From the NCBI RefSeq assembly GCF_001194135.2, contig NC_068981.1, positions 171,403,282 to 171,444,228 of the forward strand: a stretch of DNA of 40,947 nt, written 5' to 3'. This DNA is from Octopus bimaculoides. Its lineage: Eukaryota. Positions 1-11,910 of this stretch are shown here, one piece after another; position 1 is the stretch's first letter; every line of letters starts with the position of its first letter. A program made the position numbers and the translations under genes. Under the pieces are notes generated by a model that saw only the letters and a program-made list of their open reading frames with translations, did not search any database and was not told the origin of the DNA.

Positions 1-1428
1 GTCCATGGCTCTTATCAGTAATTCGTGTGGCACTGAGCCATATGCAATAGCTAGGTCAAGCCATACCACGTTCAAACTTCTCTTTTTCTGCTTGGCATCC
101 TGGATCGCTTTCCAAATCGAAAAACAATGTTCAATGCATCCAGGGATCCCGGGGATTCCAGCCTTTTGAACAGACTCATCAACATACCCGTTATTTTGTA
201 AATATGTTACTGTTCTCCTGGAAAGAATTCCCATAAAGATCTTGCATTCCACATTCAATAAGGATATCGGCCTAAACTGTTTTAAAGTCTTTGCATTGGC
301 CTCTTTCCGCAGGTATATACCTTCTGCCTTACACCATTCTTCTACTAGAGTCTCTTCGCGCCACAGTTATCGGAGTAGGACAAAGAGCTTCTTTTGCAGA
401 CGATTGCAATATTTGTCGACTTTATATGAGACGCCATCACCTCCTGGGGCACTCTTTGCTATCGCTTTTCTTACGAAATCATTCACCTCTTTCTCCGTGA
501 TGTCCCCAATTTGGAATTTGATATCAGGTTCTGAGAGATGATTTAGCCCATGTAAAGGTGGCAGTGGCTGGTTACGGTGAGGATCGCTGTATGTTTCTTT
601 GACATGAACGTCTAGTTCTTTCGTGCACGATAAAGAACCGCTCTTCGGTTCAGTAAACAGCTTCTTAGTAAACCCGTACGGGTCCTTCAGAAACTGTCCC
701 CGAGTCCTTTTACTCTCCTTTCGACGCTCATATCGGCGGATATGTCGTTGCACATAACGACATTTTCTTTTCAAATCATCATACAGCAGCGCGAGGTCAG
801 GTTTGTCCTCTTCTGCAGCACATTTCCACCGCTTTCTTAGGCTGGTCTTTTCCTTCCTCAACTGTTTCGTTTTCCTGATCCTGTTTGGTCTACACTTTCC
901 TTTCTCTAACCGGATGTTCTCTTTCACTCCAAACAATTCCTTCCCTGTATCGTAAATTGAGCATGTTAATTTTCCCAGTTTCTCCACTGTAGAGCCTGTC
1001 ATTTTATAAAGAGCTCGACATACCTTGTTTTCAAACTCTTTATATTTCTCTTTCTCATTAGCAGCAGGCCACAAAATCCTCGGTCTCCTCCGAGTACTAT
1101 CTGATGCACCAGACTCATGACTTGTAGTTTTCTGACGGGAAGAGGTCTTTGCTGTAGCATTTATCGATCCGCTGTGGTTTGCGTCTGGGGATGATTTGCC
1201 ACGTGTTTTACGATCAGATGATCTACACTGCTCTGTCTTCTTCCCACAAGTCCTTCGCTGATGTATCTTCAAGCCTCTTTCAGTTGCAAAGGTTCTACAG
1301 CACAGCTTGCATCCAAAGTTGTTCGCACTTCGTTCGCCGTTCGAATGAATAGCCGTATTCAAATCCAAGGTCGTTTCCGTGTTAACTGGGTTTGATTGAT
1401 TCTCGACTCTCCCCTCTCGGTCAATCAT
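1..1428 (-). pseudogene. Retrotransposon ORF (zinc finger + reverse transcriptase N-terminal part) with one premature stop at 367-369
   Basis: Manual translation of 366..1 is open and in frame with the 353-aa ORF 367..1428, with no frameshift. Confidence 0.9.
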
Positions 1429-1496
1429 GGGGCTGTCATTCTTATTTGTTTCTGTTACAACTAATACAAAGGCGAGGATTGTAAGTCCGCAGCCTT

Positions 1497-1594
1497 CGCC
1501 AGTCTTTCCTGGTGTCGATAGTCTTTCCTATTGTCCGCTCGTCTTTCCGAGCAGTCCTCTTGTCTTTCCAAGATGCCTAACCGTGTTTCCGGTT
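1497..1594 (-). other. Array of five short hairpins with shared GAAA(G/C)A loop in the retroelement 5' leader
   Basis: On the minus strand: AACCG-GAAACA-CGGTT, TCTTG-GAAAGA-CAAGA, CTGCTCG-GAAAGA-CGAGCGG, ATAG-GAAAGA-CTAT, CCAG-GAAAGA-CTGG. Loops are spaced 19-21 nt apart. Confidence 0.8.
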
Positions 1595-1664
1595 TGTCAG
1601 TGGCTACCTACCACAAGGTCTTTTATAATTTCGGTGTGTCCGTAGCAAAGTATCAGCCAGTCAA

Positions 1665-1666
<2 letters not shown>

Positions 1667-1744
<78 letters not shown>

Positions 1745-1773
1745 TGTGTGTGTGTGTGTCTGTGTGTGCGTGT
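1667..1773. repeat. (TG)n microsatellite
   Basis: Direct reading; abuts the 5' end of the HERO element. Confidence 0.98.
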
Positions 1774-3015
1774 GATAGCATATATATCGACTAAGTTAAG
1801 CAGAATCGTTCAAGCGTGGTTATTTTTCTTTGCTTGTACGATATTTTCCCTATGTTCTTTTCTATGTTCACTTAGTGTGTGATGTCGAGAAATGGTAGAA
1901 CCATTTGTATCTGTTGTATATCTCCGGAAAAGATGTATCCATATATTTCTGACTGTAACGATACAGTATCGCGTATCGATATGTTTGTGGTCATATCAAT
2001 TGAACGGAAGAACGCTGTTCAGTAAATGACACACAGGACTTTGCAAGAAACATTTAGAATCGCCAATAAATATCAAACTATTTCTTAATCAAATGGCAAT
2101 TACTGCATCATTAATTCGCTCTAAGATATCAACAAGTCAATGTGACCTCACAGTGACATCATCCGGATTGAAGCAAGGCAAGGATTAAATCTTACTTCTC
2201 TTATATACAGGCTCGTGTATAGAATCTATCCTGTCTTTCTCGTTTCTCGATTCTCTCTCATTCTTCTTTTCTTTCTATCTCTTTGTTTCTCTATCTTTCT
2301 CGCTTCATATGCGCTCTCTGAAACGCATATTCACACATTTCGATCTATCTCATTCACGATTTCCCTCTGCTGTTCGTCACTCATTTACCTAACCATCTCT
2401 TACTTTTCTCTTTAACTACCGCTGTCACTCAACTAACGCCAGTGTAGCCAAGAGAAATTAATTCCTTTGTCATCATTCGTCGTTGTCATTACTACCACCA
2501 CCACCACTACAACATCATCGTCATCATCATCATCATCATCATCATCATCAACATCATCACTGTCATTGTTAGTGACTGTTCTGTAAAAATCGATAGCAAC
2601 CGCTATAATTACATAATCACATAATTACATCACCATCTTTATTATTATTATAGAAAAAAAAAAAAAATTTCTTAATATGTGTTTCATTTGCACATTGTCC
2701 ACTGGATGCCACCCAGTCGCCTGAAGTAGACAGCAGCTATGATGTTCATAATATACTTGACAAGTGTATGATGTAGAGAAATGGTAGAACTAGATGAAAT
2801 TACTTCAGTATATACAAATGAATGTTACATAAAAATTCGAGAGAAACCATATGAAATTTACGCTGTGAATACTCTTCGTAAAATGTGCGCAGTCCCCATT
2901 AAGGTTAAAAAGTTTTATTTCCTTCAAGCTTATCTATGAATTTATCGTTTCCTTCCNNNNNNNNNNNNNNNNNNNNNNNNNNNNNNNNNNNNNNNNNNNN
3001 NNNNNNNNNNNNNNN

Positions 3016-3564
3016 AGAGAGCAGTGCATGCCATCAAAGTGACACTGGGGTAAAATATACGAAGCCCATTATACACATCATGACTACCTGTCTGAGAAGG
3101 GTACACGAGGCACATGCATCACAACCATATGTGCGCGACATGGTGATCTCATATCAAGATAAACAGCGCATGACCTCGCAGGTGGGGCCCAGTTAGAATT
3201 TTCTTCAGGTCGAGTAGCCCATCCCGCTCAAAAGGTCCATGAATAAGGTTTGTTTAAGGATAATGAGCAAAACACCCATGTTTCCAAAGGTGAATTATTC
3301 AAACCCAAAAGAATTCCTCTCAACACATGGCTATGATGCTCCCCCACTACTTATGCTCATGATCAGAGAAGCACATATCGTCAGCCACCAAGGGACATGC
3401 TGAACTTGTTACGGTCAAACAACTGACAAGCAAATCTGTGGTATTAAGTAGAATATTTGCTGTAGCCCATCTTTTTATACCAAGTTAAAACATGTACATG
3501 ATAACACTTCCAATCAATTAAGATCTGAAACCATGAGAGCCACTGCCTGGTACTGCATGCGGGC

Positions 3565-3566
<2 letters not shown>
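3016..3566 (-). mobile_element. ~550 bp non-coding interspersed repeat abutting (TAA)n; probable non-autonomous retroelement
   Basis: Complex non-coding block of higher GC than its surroundings, bounded by an N-gap and a (TAA)n tract. It resembles a high-copy octopus repeat as I recall it; no database check was made. Strand is tentative. Confidence 0.5.
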
Positions 3567-3619
<53 letters not shown>

Positions 3620-3625
3620 ATTATT
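3565..3625. repeat. (ATT)n/(TAA)n microsatellite, 3' tail or target of the R4/Dong element
   Basis: Direct reading. Confidence 0.97.
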
Positions 3626-5014
3626 GCCTTTGTACAGCTTCTAACGCTGGATATGTACTACAGTGTCAGCTGTTTACTACCGGTGAATTAAGGTAACACC
3701 TCTTATTTTTCGAGCACCTTCCGGAGTATTCGAGCGGTTCCAAGCAGTACTGTTTTCTGCAAGTGTTCCAACCTTATTGCAGCCCCTATTTGTTCCACGT
3801 ACTTCTCGAGATTCTTATTCACTGTTCCCAGGGCTCCAACAATTATTGGTACTACTGCTACCTTTTTCATCGACCACAACTGCTTAACTTCCCAAGCTAA
3901 CCTGTCATATCTCTCGACTTTCCTTTCTTCCTTATCGCATACCTTGTTGTCAGCTGGGCATGCTATGTCTATGATCCAGCATAGTTTGTTTTCTTTCTGT
4001 CTGGCTTCCTATTTTCAATCTCATGGTCGCACTGAATCATAAAATCCCACAGGATCTTTGAATTTCTATTTTCGACAATGCCTTCAAGTTTGTGGTCGTA
4101 CCAATTTTTGCTCTGTCAAGTCCATACTTGTTGCAAAGTGTCCAGTGGACAAGCCTTGCAATATTGTCGTGGCGTCTCTTATATTCCTTCTGGCCTAGTG
4201 GAGTACATTGACTGGTAATATGCCATATGGTTTCACCGTTTTGTCCACAGATTCTGCACTTATCACTTTCTGATGTGTTGTCTATTCTGTATTTTATGTA
4301 GTTTGTTCTTAGCGCTTGCTCTTGAGCAGCACAGTTTAGAGCCTCCGTTTCCGGTTTTAAATCACTTTTAGTCATCCACAGCCATCTTCTTTCTCTGTCT
4401 GTCATATCTTCAACATCCCTATGACATTGACCATGCATTCTTTTCTTTACCCACCTATTTTCAGTTTCATTCGTTTTTAATTTCTTGTACAGTGCTTTAT
4501 CTTTGCAATTTTTCATCCTACAAAGCCTGACCTTCCTATTTCTAATAATAGCGGTTCTGTGGCATTTTTTACATACCATGCTATGTTGTTTTATTCTGTT
4601 CTAATGCTGTGTTCGCATCCAATAAGTCCTCTTCCCCCTCTTTTTCTTGGTACATACAGTCTGTCTGTGTCACTTTTTGGGTGGAGTAACCCATATCTAG
4701 TTAGCAACATCCTTGTCTTTCTGTCTAAGCTGCTTAGTTCGTCCACTGTCCTTGCGATTACCCCTGCCCCATAGCTAAGGAATGAAACTGCCCAGGTGTT
4801 GATAGCTTCGATCTTATTCGTCCGTTTAATTTCGACTTAAGGATCAGTCTCAGTCTGCGTAAGTACTCCACCTTAATTTTTTCTGTCATTTCTTTCTCCA
4901 TCAATTTATCCGTTTCCCAAATCCCCAATTACTTATAGCCCATCTCTTCTACCTGCTTCATAACCTTCCCCGACGGTATCTCTAGTCCGTCCATATATTT
5001 GATCTTGCCTTTCT
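3626..5014 (-). mobile_element. 5'-truncated R4/Dong-clade non-LTR retrotransposon (RT C-terminus, CCHC knuckle, restriction-like endonuclease, short 3' UTR)
   Basis: Minus-strand translation with stops and frameshifts gives 'GYK*LG', 'KIEAINTWAV', 'HPKSDTDRLYVPRKRGGRGL', 'PETEALNCAAQEQALRTNY', 'CRICGQNGETIWHITSQC..YKRRHDNIA', 'LWDFMIQCDHEI', 'IIDIACPADNKV..EERKVERYDRL', 'VVPIIVGALG', 'LLGTARILRKVLE'. (TAA)n lies on both sides. Confidence 0.92.
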
Positions 5015-5065
5015 TTATTATTATTATTATTAATATTATTATTGTTATTGTTGTTGTTTTTGTTG

Positions 5066-5124
<59 letters not shown>

Positions 5125-5190
5125 GTTGTTGTTATTATTATTATTACTGTTATTATTATCATTATTATTATCGTTATTATTATCCTCATT
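5015..5190. repeat. (TTA)n microsatellite with TTG interruptions
   Basis: Direct reading; source of the poly-Ile ORFs. Confidence 0.97.
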
Positions 5191-6325
5191 AATAGACTTT
5201 TTTTATATTTCTAACAAGTAACTACAGGTAACTTCCTACAATGCGTTTGACGTTTACCTCATACAGAAAGACAAAGAACATAATTTTATTTTCCTGCTTC
5301 TGTTTATATATGACTCAAGACAGTGTCTCTTTAGATAGACACATTGACAAAATAGATGTGAAAGTGAAAATAACTACATAGAAAAAAAGTTGAAATAAAA
5401 AAGAGAAAAAATTAAACACATGTACAAAAAATATCTCCAAGTTTTGACATCCCCCAGCAAAAACACGAAAACAGATATAGACAGAAACTTTAAAATGCTT
5501 CTACTTTCTTCCACCTCAGAAACTTCTCACTCAGTGACCTCTCGGTGCAACGAAGCGGAGAAACGTAAATTTATGTTTTTAAATAATTAATTTAAACAGA
5601 AAGCCAGGATGGGAGAAAAGTAGTAGTCTCTACTTTTAACAAGTGATATTCACACATATTGATCCTCATCGCAAGCACTCCCACCGGCACAAAGAAATAT
5701 GTAAGCACATCATCAACAAAAACATGGAGTGGAAAACATAAATATGACAACAAAGAAATAATAACAACTTCAATACCAACAGGCAAACACAGCAAAATCA
5801 CACAACACTATGAATTTTATGGGAGTTGATACAAGCGGGGAACTACTGATTCGTGACAAAGAAAAAGTAAAAAAATATACTTTTTTTCTATCGAAATAAT
5901 CTTCTCGTAAACAAAAACATATGTATGCAGAACTACCAGCCAAATACTTAAGGGTGTTCTAAAACAAAGCTAACGATAGACGCGGTCTGCCAAGAAGCCT
6001 TAGACGCCAGAAAACCTAGATAATTAGTTATTCAAGAAGACCAATTAAGGTAACCTTACCCTCATTTCATTCGATATCTGACAAATGTGACGGTACTCAT
6101 AGTAGGTATCATAACTGCATACGAAGATGGACCATCTTCGAAGTAAAAGCACTAAGTCTACGTCTTCAGATCATGGTGTATAAATGGATTAGGTAGCAGT
6201 CAGGCAGACCAGGATGGTAAGTCGGTAGTGCCGGACATGAACAGTAGTAAAAACAGTGGCATCCTCAGGGCAACCGGTTTTCCTTAAGCGGTTAGAAACG
6301 TTCATGGGCTCCTCATTATTTTCTC

Positions 6326-6632
6326 TGTGTGTGTGTGTGTGTNNNNNNNNNNNNNNNNNNNNNNNNNNNNNNNNNNNNNNNNNNNNNNNNNNNNNNNNNN
6401 NNNNNNNNNNNNNNNNNNNNNNNNNNNNNNNNNNNNNNNNNNNNNNNNNNNNNNNNNNNNNNNNNNNNNNNNNNNNNNNNNNNNNNNNNNNNNNNNNNNN
6501 NNNNNNNNNNNNNNNNNNNNNNNNNNNNNNNNNNNNNNNNNNNNNNNNNNNNNNNNNNNNNNNNNNNNNNNNNNNNNNNNNNNNNNNNNNNNNNNNNNNN
6601 NNNNNNNNNNNNNNNNNNNNNNNNNNNNNNNN

Positions 6633-6662
<30 letters not shown>
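6326..6662. repeat. (TG)n microsatellite spanning an assembly gap (N 6343-6632)
   Basis: TG runs on both sides of the N run. Confidence 0.9.
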
Positions 6663-6666
<4 letters not shown>

Positions 6667-9600
6667 AGAAGTTGGTCTCTTCATTTGTATGTTATTGTCG
6701 ATGCTGAGATTAAATGACTTCTTCCCAGAACTGACTCGAACTGTTCTGTTAAGGGAGATTTTTGCTTTTGAGGATACCAAAGCTTTGTGAGTTGACGGAC
6801 AACCTGCTTGAACAGGGATGCAGGAAAGCCGGATCAACATACGAGAAAGATCCTTCTGACTAATACAGTAGTAGACAGCGTGCTAACAAAATGTTCAGAA
6901 TCTATCATACAGCTCTGAAATTGGAAATACATATAAATGAAAAGTTAAATGTATAAATTTAAAATGAAAATCGTACTGCCGAAGTATATTTGATTTTTGG
7001 CCAGATAATGTCCCCAATGGCGAAATAAAATTATTTAGTAAGGAATTTGTAAATAATAAATATGACTCAAGAGAACTATGAGTTCAAGTAAAGAATTATT
7101 TGGTGTTAAAGCCGTCTGAAACTGTAAAATTAATGACACTGGAACAGGATCCACTATCACTAACCTTTCAGCAATATTTTAGGAATATTTAGCAACAATT
7201 TCTTTCAAGTCGGGGTGACTGCTTAGAGGCTTCTTTGTTCTATCGATTTAGCTATTTCATTAGGGCTGACATGATCCTACACAACAGCCGTAAATCAATA
7301 TTGCCATCTACAAACATTATCTCCAGTAGAGACACATAGCATATGTATTTTACATGATATATAAATATGAACAAAATAATAAATATTCAAATCACTCAGA
7401 TGAAAATGGAATAGAATGTAAACCTTCCCATTAAGTTAGTTCTTTAAAACATTTTCGCAGTTCACTTAAGTTAAAAAAGTTCATGTAAGATATCGAGGAC
7501 CGCATCTAGAAGAGGAACTCTACCTATGGTCTCACGTTGTATCTTCTGACTCTAAGCTTGCTCTCCGCTTCTCCTCTTTTCTCTCGCAGCTATAATTTCC
7601 TCTGTCCTTCGTATTTGGTTAATTTTGTATCTTCTCCATTCAAGTATACCCTACTCACTCGCTTCTCCAAACTCGTCAAACCCTTTGGTGTATTCAACCC
7701 CCTATACCCGGCACTAATCACTATTCCCAATCTTTTCACTCAAGAACATCGATCTTCTAGACTCTCTTCTCTGCTCATGTTCTTTCTAAGGGTGCAAAAT
7801 TATGAACACACCCCTTTTGTACAAAAATGTTTTGAATTTCACTCTTAGATGGAAAAAGAAAATATTTAGTGGCAATTACAAGCGACTTCCAAAGCAATGT
7901 AGAGATAATATCGAGAAATTTGGAATTTATCTCTAATAATGCATTTACATACTTCGGAAGAAAGGTTGATATTTGCCAGGAAGAGACACATATATGTATG
8001 CTTTCATCTATGACTTTTGCTGTTGTTTAGCTCGGATTCAGCTATGAGAAAGTTAACCTATGGTCTTTAGTGTGATCACTTCCTCCTTCTTTTTTTTAAA
8101 GTAGAGTTCGTTTCAGGACTACATGATCCAATATTTTTTCATTTGTGTTTTAATACAATAAGTTACTTATTAATTGAGGAAAATTTGGCTATGATTTCTA
8201 GTGTCAGGTGATTGTTAGTGGTTCTGAACATGGCAATGAAGGCAGAATCGCAACTACCGGAGAGCAACAAGGTTAGGCATCAGTAGTAAACCACCATCTT
8301 TGAATTAGGTTTATTCTGTTTCATATTTAATGTCAATCGGTTATGGTGTGTTTACTATCAAATAATTCCATTGACCATATCATGCTTTAGTAATCATCTA
8401 GAAGTTTAATTCCCTTTCCGTTACGAGTTTGAAAGACTTCTTTGCTAATAAATAAATGATGCTAAATGAATATTCGAAGTTTGTTCAACATGTGAACACC
8501 AAGCCATTTGCTCCAAATACGATCTCCTATCTCTCCTATTGATTTGAATAAAAAGACACACAAAACCTCCTGGCATTCTGTAGTCTGAAATAAGCAGAAT
8601 TTTTTGGGTTTTGTTTTTCTCAAGATCAGAACTAACTAGACTTATCATCAGCAGTTACCTGCTACATCTAATAGATTGAGAACCAAATTTGCTTTGTGCA
8701 TCAGTTACTGCACTGTCATAGAAGACTGTATATTTACACATTGTAGTCATTGAAAGAATCAAATACAGTAGAATTAATAAAGCATTGATCTTTCTATGAA
8801 CCGTACTGATCAATAATGCTGGTATGGAACTTTGGTTTATGTTGTCCTTAGTCTCTCCCCTCCCGGCTAGAACTCCTGTATATAATAGGCTGTTGTGCAG
8901 AAATAAATGAAACCTGCAGAAATATTTCTTACCGAGAGAGGCAACAAGTCTAACTGAAGTAGATTTGAGCTTACGTACAATAAGATGGTAATTTAATACC
9001 ATATTCATTCGGCCATTATGCCTTTGAATAATAAAGTTATTTTTATAACCTGTCCAATTTCTGGCTTATTATAGGTTAAATAAATGCTGCTACATTTCGA
9101 TAAACTGTCATCGTTAGTAATTTTCTTTTCAGTTATAGAATACCTTCAAAAATGTTTCCAGAAGAATAGGTATAGAATCATTTCACAATAAAATATTCCT
9201 GTTATTTTTCTTGTGTAGATTAGATTTGACACCAAGAAGATTAAAGATCTTCATATAGATATTTTACATTTGAGTTTTCTTATTCACTATAACAGAAAAA
9301 ATTCATACATCTCAGTGAGAACATAATTTAGTTTTCTCTGAAAATTGTCTCTCTGATAATGATATGCTTTAAAGTTATTTTTTGACATTTTATTTGATCT
9401 CAGTAAATTATTTAGCAAATATCAAAATTGGATTTGACTGAGTATATACAAGCGATAAACGAAAATAATTTCAATCGCCTTTAGTACGTCAGAATTTCAG
9501 TCTCCCGGGGAGGTGCTCCACAGTAACAATTGTAAAAGTTGTAAGAAACATTTATATTGATATGCTGCGATGGTTAATATATACGTCTATAAATTTCACA

Positions 9601-10281
9601 TATTCAATATATTAGAACATAAACGAAGAAACAACTAAATGTGGTTCTAGCTCTGAATTATATTGTTTCTTTACTGTCCAGAGTTGTTAAACTAGAAAAA
9701 TATTCTGATGTTCGTGTACAAGAAAACACTTCAATTTCCCTTGGTATTAAATCGAATTTGCTTTCAAATTTGTATTTTGACCCAAACTAAAATTCACTTA
9801 CATAAATATTTCATGACTAAAAATTACATTCATTCTTAAGTTGATAATATTTGATCTGAACAAGGAACGCACCTAAAAATTGAATTTATTTCACTAAGAA
9901 AATGTACAAATGATCAATATTCTTGGACTACTCTGTTCTAATAATATCGTAGAACATCAGCCACTGTTCAGGCAGCTTCTATTGTCCGTTTAGTTTATGG
10001 TTTATAACATATATAAATACATACCAAATTAAAGGCATGCCAGATCTCTTAAAAGAAACAGGAAAATAAATTGTTGAGCTAAACAATATATATATATATA
10101 TATATATCGATTGTTGCCATAGCAACGAAGCTAAAATACGCAGAGTAAAGCCATTTGGCACAGATTGACCTTCGTCCCTGCTCTAACTGCGCACTAGATT
10201 TTAACGTTCTAGCTCACTTCCTCTGTTTACAGCAGTGTTTGGAAGGAACGTGTGTAACGTTTGATCGTCACATTGTTGACC

Positions 10282-10470
10282 ATGACAGAGAAAGCTAAGC
10301 AGAGCATCTGCATCAAATTTTTCCAAAAGCTTGACGATGCCTGCTCAGAGGTCTACGCAAAGTTGCAGAAAGTGTATTGAGAGGAGTGTATGAGCCGTAC
10401 ACATGTTTGCGAATGTTTCGGACGTTCCCAAGATGGCCGAAAAATTGTCGATATTGACGAACGTTCAAAG
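10282..10470 (+). pseudogene. Mariner transposase N-terminal (HTH) fragment
   Basis: MTEKAKQSICIKFFQKLDDACSEVYAKLQKVY*EECMSRTHVCECFGRSQDGRKIVDIDERS matches the mariner N-terminal pattern 'R.CIKF..KLG....E....L..AYGD..MSR..V..W..RF..GR....DD.RSGRP'. One in-frame stop. Confidence 0.8.
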
Positions 10471-11017
10471 GAACAGAAGCCGTTAGAACGAAAAGAGCGT
10501 CTGTGAATGAGTGTTAGTTGTAATGTTCGTGATCAAGTCTTTGACAATTAATTTATCACACCCACAAAGTGTTTGCTAATGTCAAAATGATGAAAGACAA
10601 GAAGTACTGAATTAACAAAATTAAAATATTAAAACATAACATATTTGATTAAATAATTCTGTACGACGCAAATTTCATTTACGTATGAAGAATCTGATGG
10701 CTTTAACATGAATAACACGTGAGAGCAAAGAAATGGATAAAAAATTTTTAAAATACGGCGGGTTATTCTGTGCGTAAGATTCTAATTGTGAATAGTTAAT
10801 AATTCGTTCTTATGTGACTTTGTTGTTATTATGGTGGTTAGAAGTAGTGGTAGTAGAAGTAGTGTTGATGATGTAGTTGCGATACAATAGGTAGTGAGTT
10901 TATTTATTTTGTTGTGAAAATTGTTGTAGTAGTAGTAATAGTAGTAGTATTGGTGATGGTGATTGTGGTGGTATAGCCAGTGGATTCCATTCAACTTTTT
11001 GTAGTATTAGTTGTGAC

Positions 11018-11268
<251 letters not shown>

Positions 11269-11843
11269 TCCGTTCTATTTTTTTCTTTTCATTCTAATTT
11301 TTATTTTAAGAACGTAAAGACGCAACAAAATCAACACTTGCAAATTGCTTCAATATTCGACAAATGTTGGAAGAAAATTTCTTGTTATTTAAGCTGTTTT
11401 GCTACAGTCAGCTTCGTGTTTGTTCATGTTTTTCTTACATATGTTCTGATAATTTTATTTTAATTCTTTTATTTATTTATTTATTTATTTATTTATTGCT
11501 TCCATTATTTTATTTTCTGTGTTAAATACATTTGTTTTCTTTTATTAGTAAATTCAAGAAAAATTAATTAAAATAATTTTGATACATTATGAGAAAAAAA
11601 ATTTAATTTTCTATCGGTTGCCAAATCTGTTTTTTTGTTATTATTATCATCATTATTAGTATTGTATTTCTTTATTTGAATTCATATTACTTTTATTTAT
11701 TTGTTATTTATTTATTTAGAGAAAAAATATTTCCTTATGATAAAGTTATTTTATTGATTTCTGGAAATTACTTCAAAATTCTACATTTGCATGTATTTCC
11801 TTTTTTTTTATTTTTGTGAATTTTTAATTTTCTTTTCTCTTTA

Positions 11844-11844
<1 letters not shown>

Positions 11845-11907
<63 letters not shown>

Positions 11908-11910
11908 GCT
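11845..11910. repeat. (CT)n microsatellite within a pyrimidine-rich tract
   Basis: Direct reading. Confidence 0.95.

Larger units (their letters stand above)
1..1666 (-). mobile_element. HERO-type RLE-clade non-LTR retrotransposon, 5' portion (continues beyond window start)
   Basis: The minus-strand frame from ATG 1428 has an N-terminal zinc finger CKLC-x12-HQRRTC, then 'RPRILWPAANEK', 'FLKDPYGFTKKLF', 'KSAPGGDGVSYKV'. Past one TAA at 367-369 it continues in the same frame: 'WCKAEGIYLRKE..QFRPISLLNVECKIF..NGYVDESVQKAGIPGIPGCIEH..VVWLDLAIAYGSVPH'. These are early RT motifs in the form I recognise from HERO elements. A ~240 bp leader ends at the (TG)n tract. Confidence 0.85.

Noticed and set aside
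1600-1666. Hammerhead- or HDV-like ribozyme at the HERO 5' end (CTGATAC..CCGAAATTATAA on the minus strand)
   Set aside because: The core spacing is wrong, there is no U16.1 and no closing helix I, and I could not assemble an HDV double pseudoknot by eye.
6122-6140. Perfect palindrome CGAAGATGG-A-CCATCTTCG near an antisense CTGAAGA
   Set aside because: No helix I or valid helix II can be formed for a hammerhead. It is an isolated palindrome with no supporting context.
7530-7790. Possible RTE-type LINE C-terminal remnant on the minus strand ('EWRR..EEIIAAREKRR')
   Set aside because: Too short and low in complexity, with no catalytic motif.
8200-8280. Possible small plus-strand exon (AG..GT bounded, 'VIVSGSEHGNEGRIATTGEQQ')
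   Set aside because: No recognisable homology, weak polypyrimidine tract and no partner exons.
8655-9008. 117-aa minus-strand ORF with a hydrophobic stretch and a CAG|GTAACT donor-like site
   Set aside because: No recognisable domain and no convincing acceptor. RNA-seq or a translated search would be needed.
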